This document shows positions 46,675 to 55,897 of a stretch of 64,000 nt of DNA, in pieces. How positions within the stretch are numbered: the stretch's first letter is position 1; each line of letters starts with the position of its first letter. The stretch is taken from positions 2,630 through 66,629 of the IMG/VR virus record IMGVR_UViG_3300009553_000022; one strand, written 5' to 3'. A model generated the notes under the pieces. It worked only from the letters and a program-made list of their open reading frames with translations. It ran no database searches and was not told where the DNA came from. Both the position numbers and the translations under genes were made by a program. Source of the DNA: a virus.

Positions 46675-48275
46675 TGCCCGAATCGGATGCCGACCTCACC
46701 GCCCTTCCGTCTGATGCGCTTTCCGCAGAGGAACGTCGTCGGCTGACGGCGCAGCCCGCCTCTACTCTTGCGGACTGGTACAAGCCCTCGAAATCAATCT
46801 CGGAGTTCCACGCCTCTCGCGCACGCATACGCTGCTTAGTCGGCGCTCGTGGAACGGGGAAGACAACTGCGATCGCAGTCGACTGCGTCGGTCACATTAC
46901 CCACAACCCAGGCGCAAAAGCGTACATTCTCCGGAAGACCCAAGAGTCTAATGAGAGCACCACCCAGGAGACTTTTGAGGAAGTTTTCTCGAAGTGTGGT
47001 TATACCGATACCGGCCTGTCGCTGTTTAAGAAGATCGAAGGTGGCAAATACTACAGGGTTCCCTCGGCGGAAGCGATTCGACTGTTCACGATCTTCCTAA
47101 ACAAAAAACCAAACAAAACACAGATCCTTCAGTGGTTGGAGACGATCGGAAATCGGTTTTGCGGGCATATCCATTTCAGCGGTGTTCCGGACGCGTCGAA
47201 ACGCGACAGCCGTTTTCGTGGCTACGAATGCAGTTATTTGGTTTTCGTCGAGGCCGACCAGCTCGTCGAGGCGGATTTTCAGATGGCCCAGCTTTGTCTG
47301 CGCTGGAAAGACGCGTACGGGAAACAGATCGGAGACTACTCGTGCATCCTGGACACTAACCCGCCCGGCACGAAGCACTGGATCGCCAAGTTCGAGGCCG
47401 ACAGCAAGACCCGCTCAGATGTGCAGTTTTGGCACCTGCACATTGACGAAAACGCCCACAATCTCCCCGAGGGCTACGTCGAAAACGCTAAGCGTGTGTA
47501 TGCGCGCCGCCCGGCGATGTACAAGCGGATGATCGAGGGCCAGTACGCCGACGCCTTCGATGGGGAGCCCGTGCTCTGGGCGTTTACGGAAGAGCACGCC
47601 TACGACGATCTCCCCTGGCCCCGCGGTGCCTACCTGGTTCGTGGTTGGGACTTCGGTACGAGCAACTCAGTGATTTTCTCGGCCTACTGGTCCGAGGGGC
47701 CAGACGAGTACTGGTGGGATTTGTGGGAGCACTACGCGGAAATGTCCGACGTCGAGCGCCAGTGCCGCGCCGCGTGGGACATCACGAAGGAAGTTTTCCC
47801 GTTCTGGAATGACCGCTCGATATGTTCCGGCGTTCTCGATGCTTGCGACCCCGCCGGGAATGCGAAGACTGATAAGGGCAGCTCGATTGCCGTGCTCAAC
47901 ACGCACAGCATATACCCGAAGTTTTCGACCAAGCACCGCAGTCTGCCGGTGACTCTCGCCGCGTATAACCGGATCCTGGAGAAAAAAGACCGCTTCGGGC
48001 GCCTCATTTATCGGATCGACCGGAAGAATTGCGAGCGCCTATACCTGGGCTCCGCCGGCGGCTACCGTTACCCCACCGAGAAGGAGGTCGGCTATAAGTC
48101 CGGCGAGCCCGGCAAGGGGCCGGATTTCGGCAATTACGACCACGTTGTTGACGCCTCCCGGTACGCGAAGGTCAATTTCCTGCGCCTAATGAAGGTCGAA
48201 ATGGAGGCCATGCAGAAGCCGGTCGGTCGTCTGGCTGCTAAAACATCCGTGAACCCCGCTAGAAGCTGGCGCTGA
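46674..48275 (+). CDS. terL: Terminase large subunit
   Basis: GARGTGKT, FVEADQ, DTNPP, GWDFG, DPAG, DHVVDASRY. Confidence 0.9.
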   Translation: MPESDADLTALPSDALSAEERRRLTAQPASTLADWYKPSKSISEFHASRARIRCLVGARGTGKTTAIAVDCVGHITHNPGAKAYILRKTQESNESTTQETFEEVFSKCGYTDTGLSLFKKIEGGKYYRVPSAEAIRLFTIFLNKKPNKTQILQWLETIGNRFCGHIHFSGVPDASKRDSRFRGYECSYLVFVEADQLVEADFQMAQLCLRWKDAYGKQIGDYSCILDTNPPGTKHWIAKFEADSKTRSDVQFWHLHIDENAHNLPEGYVENAKRVYARRPAMYKRMIEGQYADAFDGEPVLWAFTEEHAYDDLPWPRGAYLVRGWDFGTSNSVIFSAYWSEGPDEYWWDLWEHYAEMSDVERQCRAAWDITKEVFPFWNDRSICSGVLDACDPAGNAKTDKGSSIAVLNTHSIYPKFSTKHRSLPVTLAAYNRILEKKDRFGRLIYRIDRKNCERLYLGSAGGYRYPTEKEVGYKSGEPGKGPDFGNYDHVVDASRYAKVNFLRLMKVEMEAMQKPVGRLAAKTSVNPARSWR

Positions 48276-48288
48276 AGTGTGGTATATT
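48274..48288 (+). promoter_or_regulatory. Extended -10 motif (class-3 promoter)
   Basis: GAAGTGTGGTATATT. Confidence 0.5.
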
Positions 48289-48315
48289 AGGCGGTCCCAG
48301 TTCGGAGGTTCTCTT

Positions 48316-48753
48316 ATGCCTGATCCAATGCCTATGCCCACGCCCGCGGAAGATGCGAAACCGGCCCAGCCGGCGCCGTCCCTCTATCTCAACGAGAAGG
48401 ACCTCGACAACTTCGGACTGCACGACTGCGTTCCCGGTGAGAAGTACACCGCGACGATCGACTTCACTGTAACCGGCATGGATGCGCCGAGTAATGGCGA
48501 AGCCAGCAAGCGAATCGAAATCGACAAGATGTCCGACATCCAGCCGCACCAGGGCGCGGGCGACGTCGCCGCTCCGGAGACGATGGAAGAGGGATTGCCG
48601 ATCGACGCCGAACCCGTTCCCGACGAGGCGGAGCCCACGGAAGAGCCCGACGGCGAAGAGGACGCCGGCGACATGTCGAAGCCGTATATTCGGCGCAAGG
48701 CGAAGAAACCCTCGCAGTTCCCGGTGGACGTCAAGAAGCTTCAACGACTCTGA
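48316..48753 (+). CDS. acidic hypothetical protein
   Basis: Shine-Dalgarno GGAGG. Confidence 0.6.
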   Translation: MPDPMPMPTPAEDAKPAQPAPSLYLNEKDLDNFGLHDCVPGEKYTATIDFTVTGMDAPSNGEASKRIEIDKMSDIQPHQGAGDVAAPETMEEGLPIDAEPVPDEAEPTEEPDGEEDAGDMSKPYIRRKAKKPSQFPVDVKKLQRL

Positions 48754-48756
48754 TCC

Positions 48757-49050
48757 ATGCTCCCGAACCTATTTTCTGGTCCGTCCATGCCCGGGGCCGT
48801 CCCTGGCTCCCTTCCGCCGTCCACTACCGGGCAGGTCACCGCGCCGCCGCCAGCTGCGGCGCCGCCCGTTTCGTCGCCCCTCGCGGGGCCGATGATGCCT
48901 GGGCCGCTCGCCCCGTCTGAACCCGACTACATGGTTGAGAGGCAGGAAGACGGCACGTTGTTGATTCGGATCAAAAACCCGGACGGGACGCCTGGCGTTG
49001 TGGTCAAACACATGCCGCCGATCAAGCAGGCCGGAGCACCAGCCCGGTAA
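48757..49050 (+). CDS. Pro-rich hypothetical protein
   Basis: Packed ORF before the portal. Confidence 0.55.
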   Translation: MLPNLFSGPSMPGAVPGSLPPSTTGQVTAPPPAAAPPVSSPLAGPMMPGPLAPSEPDYMVERQEDGTLLIRIKNPDGTPGVVVKHMPPIKQAGAPAR

Positions 49051-49066
49051 GTAACGCCTCCCACCT

Positions 49067-51163
49067 GTGGATCGCTTCTTAGCCCGCCGTCTAGAGACCG
49101 ACGAAGACTTTCAAAAGAAGGTCTCCAGGTTGGCGAAGGACTATCTCGGGCTAGGTCAGCAGTCTGTCACGTACTACACCGAGGAGTTCGATCAAGCACA
49201 CGATCTGCTGATGTGCTACGCGCCCCTGTCGAAGGCCGACTTGGAGCAACTCGAACGCGGCCACCCAAAGCGTTTTATCCTGCCGATGTCGGCGACGCAG
49301 ATCACGACGATGACAACGTTCATCGCGCAGATGCTGTTCGGCGACACGCAGCCCTGGAAGGTGGAAGGACGCGGACCCGAAGACGAGGCAAGCGCCGAAC
49401 ACGTCAATCAACTTCTTCGCTGGAACGCCGAGCAGCAGCCGTCTTACCTGCTCGGGTACCTCTGGGTGCAAGACATTCTTACGTACAACCGGGGAATTCG
49501 GTACAACTCCTGGCAACCGGTCTATGAGACCGAGGTCGTGAATGTGGAGATTGAGGACCCCGAGGACCTGGACGAAGAGGGCAATCCGAAAAAGTACACG
49601 CGGCCAGCGAAGCGCCGCAAAGAAGTCGCGGCGTACAACCACATCCACCTTGTAAGCCCGTACGAGTTTGTTTGCGATCCGTCGATTCCTCTTTGGCGAT
49701 TTCAGCAGGGCCGTTTCGCTGGTCATCGGACTCTGATCCCGTGGCTGGAGCTTGAGAAACGATCTCGGCTGTCGCCCGATCATCCGTCGTACGTCCTGCC
49801 AAGCGCCGTCGGGAAGCTGAAGAAGAAAAAGAAGACCGACGCGGGCAATATCGGCATGGGCACGATCGTCGCCGGGGGCGGCGCGGCTACGAGGGTCAGC
49901 GCGACCACTTCCCGGACTGCGTTTGAGCGCAATCGGTCGAACGCCAACCCGGATACAACCGCCGACAAAAACGACGCTGGGATCGTCGAGTGCCACGAGC
50001 TTTACATCCGGCTGATCCCGTCCGACAACGAACTTTATGAGGGCGACGAGCAGGTCATTTTCCAGGTGCTCGTCGGGAATCAAGACGTGGTTCTTGCGAT
50101 CAACGAGTCGCCGAACAAGCACGACCAGTACCCATATTCCGCGGCTGAAGGGCGCCCGTCGGCGTATTATCAGTACTCCCCGAGCTGGTTGATGATGCTG
50201 AAGCCGATCCAGGATTACATCGATTACCTCGAAAACCGCCGGCAGCAGTCCATCGCGCGCACCTCGGGCAACATGTTCATTGTCCGGCCCGACAAGGTCA
50301 ACATCGCCGACTTTATGGACCCGGACAAGGACGGCCTGCTGATCCCGATCCTTCCCGACGCGACGTCGGACCGGCTCGACGACATCGTCAAGCAAGTTCC
50401 GGTCACCGACCTGACTCAGCAGTTTCGCCAGGAGATTCAAGACTTCACAGCGTTCTCTGAGACCGTCACGGGTGTGAACGCGCCAATGCAGGGCGCAATG
50501 ACCGACGACACGACCGCGACCCAGTACGTCGGGACCCAGCAAATGTCTGCGGGTCGTCTGTCGTCCGTCGCGAGGTTGATCAGCGTTCAGGGCCTTGTCC
50601 CGGAAACGCGTCAGATCGTTTCTAATTTCCAGCAGTTCTTGACGACGCCGATGTCTCTTCGGTTCGTCCCGAACGGGGTCGACGGGGCCTCGACGTTCCA
50701 CGGTCAGCGGGCTCTGGACGTCTCGCCTGACACGATTCAAGGACAGTTTGATTTCATCGCGCACGACGGCAGCCTGCCAGGCACCGACGCGCGGAAGGTT
50801 GCTGCGATCTCCCGGCTGTTGGAGCTGGTGCCGGTCGTACCGCAGTACTTCCAGCCCGCCCCTGGCAACATCGACGCCCGCGCCTTGATTCTGGCCGGGG
50901 CCAAGGCCGCCGGCTTACAAGTCGAAAACTTCCAATTTACGCCGGACACCGCCGCCCAGGAGGCCGCTGCCACAATGCCGCCCGCGCCGCCGGAAGGTGC
51001 CCCGCCCGGCCCGGAATCCCCGGCGACCGAGCCTGTGCCCACTTTGCCCGACCTTGTCGGAACTCCGCCAGCTAACCAAGGCCCAGGCCGGCCCCCGACC
51101 CCGACTATGTCGGAGTTGCCGTCTGCCGAGCCTCTCCAAGTCCGCCCGCAGAACGCGTATTAA
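49067..51163 (+). CDS. Portal protein
   Basis: 698 aa after terL; P22/SU10-like features (DP, TG..A...G, TAT); Pro-rich tail. Confidence 0.8.
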   Translation: MDRFLARRLETDEDFQKKVSRLAKDYLGLGQQSVTYYTEEFDQAHDLLMCYAPLSKADLEQLERGHPKRFILPMSATQITTMTTFIAQMLFGDTQPWKVEGRGPEDEASAEHVNQLLRWNAEQQPSYLLGYLWVQDILTYNRGIRYNSWQPVYETEVVNVEIEDPEDLDEEGNPKKYTRPAKRRKEVAAYNHIHLVSPYEFVCDPSIPLWRFQQGRFAGHRTLIPWLELEKRSRLSPDHPSYVLPSAVGKLKKKKKTDAGNIGMGTIVAGGGAATRVSATTSRTAFERNRSNANPDTTADKNDAGIVECHELYIRLIPSDNELYEGDEQVIFQVLVGNQDVVLAINESPNKHDQYPYSAAEGRPSAYYQYSPSWLMMLKPIQDYIDYLENRRQQSIARTSGNMFIVRPDKVNIADFMDPDKDGLLIPILPDATSDRLDDIVKQVPVTDLTQQFRQEIQDFTAFSETVTGVNAPMQGAMTDDTTATQYVGTQQMSAGRLSSVARLISVQGLVPETRQIVSNFQQFLTTPMSLRFVPNGVDGASTFHGQRALDVSPDTIQGQFDFIAHDGSLPGTDARKVAAISRLLELVPVVPQYFQPAPGNIDARALILAGAKAAGLQVENFQFTPDTAAQEAAATMPPAPPEGAPPGPESPATEPVPTLPDLVGTPPANQGPGRPPTPTMSELPSAEPLQVRPQNAY

Positions 51164-51166
51164 GGC

Positions 51167-51209
51167 GTTTGACACGTTGGCACGGAGTCTGCTCCTGTCT
51201 AACGCTGTG
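51167..51209 (+). promoter_or_regulatory. sigma-54 promoter P7, upstream of scaffold/capsid genes
   Basis: GTTTGACACGT-TGGCACGGAGTCTGCT-CCTGTCTAACGCTGTG. Confidence 0.8.
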
Positions 51210-51428
51210 AAACTAATGCCAATAGATCACGAAGCGGAGCGTCGTGTATTATCGACGCTCCCGAATTCTCCCGCCCATGCCGTGATCCACAACGCGCTGG
51301 CTCGTGATATTGAGGCAGCTCGGTCCAAGTTGGAAACCTGCAGCAGCGCCGAGTTGTGCCAGATTCAGGCTGAAATTTTAGTCCGCCGGCAGCTCGTCGG
51401 CTGGCTTGCAACGACCCACAAACGCTAA
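51207..51428 (+). CDS. small protein between portal and scaffold
   Basis: GTG at +4 of P7; helical. Confidence 0.55.
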   Translation: MKLMPIDHEAERRVLSTLPNSPAHAVIHNALARDIEAARSKLETCSSAELCQIQAEILVRRQLVGWLATTHKR

Positions 51429-51429
51429 T

Positions 51430-52659
51430 ATGGATCCCAAACCCAACACACCCCCGTCTAAACCCGCGTCGGCGCCGTCTCCGGCGGCCACGCCAGCCGC
51501 TACAGCGCCGAAGCCTGCCGCAGCTCCGCGCCCGGCTTCGACCACGCCGAAGCCCGCCGCGGCCAAGCCGGCTGAGACCCCCCGCAACGACAAGGGGCAG
51601 TTCGCACAAGGTCCGCGACCCAAGTCTGCGCCGATGAGTGCCCGGAAGGCGCTGGGTCTGCCCGAGGATCCGTCGAAGACCGTCGCGACAATCGTCGACG
51701 GCGCACGAAAAAACCTCAAGGCGGTTCACTCCTACCACAACGTTCCGGATCCTGCCGCGCCGGCCACTCCGCCGCCAGCTCCTGCGGCCCCGGACGCCCC
51801 GGTTGAGGTGACGCCGCCCGCCGAAGACCCAGCCGCTCCTGCGGCGCCTGCGGTCAGCCCGCCGCCTGCGAAGGTGAAGATCGGCGACAAGGAATATACG
51901 ACCGAGGAATTGACTGCCCGGATGGCCGAGCTGGAGCAAGCCGCCAAGCCTGCCGCTGCCCCACCGGCACCTGCAGCGCCGCCCGCGGAGCCGCCGCGGC
52001 AGATGACGCCGGAAGAACTCAAAGCGGCGGAAGAAAAATGGGTGACGGAAACCGCGAAAGAGTTCGCTCCGCCCATTACGGAGGCCGAACTTGACACGAT
52101 CCTCGCTGGCGGTAAGGACGCTGTGGCCGCGATGGCTGCGATCCGGTCCCGCGACATCGCGACGGCCCTCCTGGCTGCGCGCAAGGACATTTCGGCGTTG
52201 ATCGCCCCGGAGCTGGCTAAAATCGGGCCGATCGCGGCTCATTTCGAGCAGCTTCAGCGGTATACGGCCACGCAAGAGTTTGTCCAGGAGTACCCGGACT
52301 TCGCACCGCATGTGGATTTGGCTGTCAGCGTGGCGGAGCAGCTCATGGAGAAGTACCCCGAGCAGTTCTTCGCCCTGACGGACGCTCAGCGCCGCGCCGA
52401 GGTTGCCCGGCAAACCGACGTGATCCTGAGCGCGAACTTCAAGCGGTTCAATCCTAACGCGACTGGCACCTGGCGCGACGCCGCGAAGCCTGCCGCCGCT
52501 CCGCCGGCTGCGCCCGTTCCCTCGCCGACGCCCGCCGCTCCGCCGGCTGCGCCCGTTCCCCCGCCGGTTCGGCCGCTGGCGAGCAATCCGCCGTCGTCTC
52601 AGTCTGGCGCCGCAGCTCCGGACTTCCAGTCTTCTGTGGCCCGCAGCTTGCGTAAGTGA
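51430..52659 (+). CDS. Capsid scaffolding protein (putative)
   Basis: P/A-rich, RNDKGQF, KVKIGDKEYT.EEL; position. Confidence 0.65.
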   Translation: MDPKPNTPPSKPASAPSPAATPAATAPKPAAAPRPASTTPKPAAAKPAETPRNDKGQFAQGPRPKSAPMSARKALGLPEDPSKTVATIVDGARKNLKAVHSYHNVPDPAAPATPPPAPAAPDAPVEVTPPAEDPAAPAAPAVSPPPAKVKIGDKEYTTEELTARMAELEQAAKPAAAPPAPAAPPAEPPRQMTPEELKAAEEKWVTETAKEFAPPITEAELDTILAGGKDAVAAMAAIRSRDIATALLAARKDISALIAPELAKIGPIAAHFEQLQRYTATQEFVQEYPDFAPHVDLAVSVAEQLMEKYPEQFFALTDAQRRAEVARQTDVILSANFKRFNPNATGTWRDAAKPAAAPPAAPVPSPTPAAPPAAPVPPPVRPLASNPPSSQSGAAAPDFQSSVARSLRK

Positions 52660-53147
52660 TGAGCGACTCCGCGGAGTTTTTGAGTCGCCCGGACCCGTTG
52701 GCGTCGTTTGCCGCCTGGTATTTGTCTACTGTGCGCGGCGACCTGGGCAACGTTCCGCACCAAGCCGTCGAGAAGATCGAGATCGGCTCGGCGATCACGC
52801 TGTTTCGTTCGCCGCCGTTCCTGGTTGAACTCCTCTTGTTCCACCCGAATACGGTGATCAAGCCGCACTCACACCCTGATGTTGACACGGTCGTCGTGTA
52901 TATCTGCGGCGACATGTCGTTGACGGTCGCGGGCCAGGAGCTTTTTCCGCTCGGGTCTACCAACGTACAGCCTGACGGCGGCTCGAACCGTCGCGGGATT
53001 CCGGTGCGCTTTCCTCCTGGCGTCGTCCACTCCGGGCAGATCGGAGCGACCGGAGGCGCGCTGCTGTCAATTCAGCGGTGGCTGGCCGGAGAGCCCACGT
53101 CTGTAAAAAACAACTGGCGAGGAGAAGACGGGTCGACACAAGGATGA
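52656..53147 (+). CDS. Cupin-fold protein
   Basis: PHSHPDVD...PPGVVH. Confidence 0.65.
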   Translation: MMSDSAEFLSRPDPLASFAAWYLSTVRGDLGNVPHQAVEKIEIGSAITLFRSPPFLVELLLFHPNTVIKPHSHPDVDTVVVYICGDMSLTVAGQELFPLGSTNVQPDGGSNRRGIPVRFPPGVVHSGQIGATGGALLSIQRWLAGEPTSVKNNWRGEDGSTQG

Positions 53148-53890
53148 AAATTTACATCTCAGCGCACAACCGCAAGCCTGAGTTGCTGCGAATCAACTCA
53201 CTCGTGTTTGACACTCTTCGCGTCGGGTTCCCCACTGCGGAGATTGAGATCTGGGGGAACGGTCGGGACGAAGCACTTAATTTGCATTGGCTGGAGCAAG
53301 CTGCCCGCGTCGAGGGCAAGTTTGTTTTGAGGGACGAGCAGACGTACGGAGAACGGATCCAGGAGTGGATCGACCGCATGGACGAACCTTTCGTCATCTG
53401 CGACACCGACATCGTCTTTTATGACAACATGGAAACGGTCGAGTGGAAGGGGCCGCTCCACGGCTGCCATGTGCCGGCGTTTCATTGCCCGTTTGCGAAG
53501 ACCCGGACTGTGGATCGCTTGCACACGCACCTGCTGTACTTTGATCCGACCCAGATCAGGAAGTCGATTTCGCGTGTGCGAACAGTTATCCCCGACAACT
53601 ACCTGACTCCCTGGGCAGACATGATCCTGCCTGCGCGAGTACCGCACCGGTCCGGATGGCAGTTTTACGACATCGCCGCGGCACTGTACCACACCGTCGG
53701 CGGGTACGCGTTCACGCCGGAAATCCGGGACCGGTACAGTCATCTGAACTGTGGTACGATTAGCGATCTCGTCGGTTCCTCCGTCGGTTTGGATCTCACC
53801 GCCGCGCACCAAGCAATCGCCGAAAACCCCGAGCTGGGCCGCGGCATCTGGCGGAAACAAGACGAATTCTTCAAACAGTACGCAGTATGA
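53144..53890 (+). CDS. Glycosyltransferase-like (GT-A) protein
   Basis: ICDTDIVF DxD motif. Confidence 0.55.
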   Translation: MKIYISAHNRKPELLRINSLVFDTLRVGFPTAEIEIWGNGRDEALNLHWLEQAARVEGKFVLRDEQTYGERIQEWIDRMDEPFVICDTDIVFYDNMETVEWKGPLHGCHVPAFHCPFAKTRTVDRLHTHLLYFDPTQIRKSISRVRTVIPDNYLTPWADMILPARVPHRSGWQFYDIAAALYHTVGGYAFTPEIRDRYSHLNCGTISDLVGSSVGLDLTAAHQAIAENPELGRGIWRKQDEFFKQYAV

Positions 53891-54510
53891 AACACAGCAT
53901 TTTCTTAGGCATGCCGATGTATGGCGCCGTTCACGGCGACGCCGCGATCTCTATGATGGCTGTGGCGGCCCGAGCCGCTGCGACGAACGTTCTCCGCGGA
54001 GTCGAGGGAAACTTTTTTGGTGCCCTCGGCGAAGCACGCAACCAGCTCGTAAAGTCGGCTCTCAGTTCTGGGGCCAGTCACATACTCTTCCTTGACGCTG
54101 ACATGGTCGTCCCGTCGGACGCCCCGCGTCTGCTGCTGAAACATAACCTGCCGGTCGTGTCGGCGCTATACTTCGAGCGCGTACCTCCGTTCAAGCCGAT
54201 CGTGGGTAGGGTGTCCGAGAACCCGCGTTGCGGCGATTATCTGGATTATCCGCCCGGGGTTTCTGAAGTCGGTCTTGTTGGCTGCGGATGCTTGCTCGTG
54301 AACCTAGATGTCTTCCGGAAGATTGCTGACCACCTGAAGGCCGAGGAGTGGTTTACGTTTTTCTCCAAGCGTGCGGGCGAGGACATCAGCTTTTGCAAGC
54401 TGTGCCGCGACCTGGGGATCAAGATGTACCTCGACGCCGATGTGAAGTGTGATCACGTCGCACAGTTGCTCGTCGGCGAGGCGGATTTCAAGAAGGCGTT
54501 TGATCGGTGA
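53887..54510 (+). CDS. Glycosyltransferase family 2
   Basis: ARNQLV, LFLDAD, G.GCLL, GEDISFC, H. Confidence 0.8.
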   Translation: MKHSIFLGMPMYGAVHGDAAISMMAVAARAAATNVLRGVEGNFFGALGEARNQLVKSALSSGASHILFLDADMVVPSDAPRLLLKHNLPVVSALYFERVPPFKPIVGRVSENPRCGDYLDYPPGVSEVGLVGCGCLLVNLDVFRKIADHLKAEEWFTFFSKRAGEDISFCKLCRDLGIKMYLDADVKCDHVAQLLVGEADFKKAFDR

Positions 54511-54530
54511 TCGGTTCGGCATTTCCTAAT

Positions 54531-54578
54531 AAAAGATCTATCGCCCGGTGACGGGCTCTAGCGCCGGGATCTTTTTTG
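54531..54578 (+). terminator. Hairpin plus T tract upstream of the capsid gene
   Basis: CCCGGTG...CGCCGGG-ATC-T7. Confidence 0.45.
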
Positions 54579-54682
54579 GGTTAGGTTACAGGCGTCCAAG
54601 ATACCGCTGATCGCGCCAAGGAGCGATTGGGCGGCTCTTCAAAAAAGTTCGGGGCTTCTGTCCCCCAAAAAGAAAACGCACT

Positions 54683-55894
54683 ATGTCCGCCATTTCAGGT
54701 CTCCTCTCCACCGCCGAAGCCGCAACCAACGAGTTGGTCGGGGAGTTCCAGGAAACGATCTTCGTCCGCAACAGCCGCGGTTTCAACGTCGGATCGACCC
54801 TCTTCGGTCTCATGAGCCGCCTTGACAACGAAGGCGCCGAGAACCTGGAGTACAACTGGTTTGAACGCGATCCCGTCCGCAAGACGGTCTACGCCCAAGC
54901 TACCGCGACGTCTTCGATCACCGCGCTGACCTTCAGCGACACTGCTACCGGTGCCGCGGGGACCGTCAACTTCCTTTTGCACGCCGGTATGGTCCTGATG
55001 GACGACCGGACGCGTGAGTATGTCAAGGTCACGGCGACCCCGACCGACACGACCAACACGATCACCGTCACCCGCGGTTTTGCCAACACCGCCGCGACGA
55101 TCAACGCTGGTGATACGTTCACGATCGTTACCCTGGGCAAGGGTGAAGGTTCGGATCCCGTCCGCGCGGCGTACGAGAATCCCTCCACGCTCACGAACTA
55201 CATTCAGACCTTCAACTCGACTGTCGAGCTGACCAATGCCTTCAAAGGCAGCGTTCTCCGCACGGACATCGAGGGGCCTCTGAACGATCGCCGACTGCAG
55301 GCGCTCGAAAAAATTTCCCGCGACATCGAGTTTGCGTACCTGCTCGGGGCCAAGAAGAAAACCGCCTCGACCAGCAACGCCGGTTTTGAATACTTCACCG
55401 GTGGAGTCTACCAGGGCCTCGTCGACGCTGCTCTGACGAGCAACGTCCAGGACGGCGCGTCGATCACGCTCGCCAACTTCAACGCCTGGCTGCAGAACGT
55501 GCTGCCTTACGGCTCCGACGCGAAGCTCGCTTTCGCCGGCCCCCAGGCTTACTCCGCTATTTCCACGTTCGCGAACACCGGGACCAACGGTTACCGGATC
55601 ATGCAGAACGAAACGGTTTTCGGCATGCACATCCAGGTTATCAACACGCCCTTCGGCGAGCTGAACCTGGCGCAACATCCACTCCTCCGCGAGGCCGTCG
55701 GTCTCCGTGACTGGATGTTCGTCCTCGACCTCCCGCACCTGACTCAGAAGGTGTTTGAGAAGCTCTTCCTGGAAGACAACATCCAGAGCAACGGAGTTGA
55801 TTCCTACAAGGAGCAGTTCCGCGCGAAGTTGGGTTTGCGGATGAAATTCCCGAACGCCTTCGGGGTCATCTACGACCTTACCACCATCACGTAA
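54683..55894 (+). CDS. Major capsid protein (DUF5309/SU10-like)
   Basis: Y.WFE, NYIQTF, DIEFAYL.G, TGG, FG......TPFG.L.L..HP. Confidence 0.85.
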   Translation: MSAISGLLSTAEAATNELVGEFQETIFVRNSRGFNVGSTLFGLMSRLDNEGAENLEYNWFERDPVRKTVYAQATATSSITALTFSDTATGAAGTVNFLLHAGMVLMDDRTREYVKVTATPTDTTNTITVTRGFANTAATINAGDTFTIVTLGKGEGSDPVRAAYENPSTLTNYIQTFNSTVELTNAFKGSVLRTDIEGPLNDRRLQALEKISRDIEFAYLLGAKKKTASTSNAGFEYFTGGVYQGLVDAALTSNVQDGASITLANFNAWLQNVLPYGSDAKLAFAGPQAYSAISTFANTGTNGYRIMQNETVFGMHIQVINTPFGELNLAQHPLLREAVGLRDWMFVLDLPHLTQKVFEKLFLEDNIQSNGVDSYKEQFRAKLGLRMKFPNAFGVIYDLTTIT

Positions 55895-55897
55895 GCG

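Noticed and set aside
52490-52565. Direct repeats in the scaffold gene (and 18-nt repeats at 61113-61158)
   Set aside because: Low-complexity coding repeats (PAAPP, collagen GAD).
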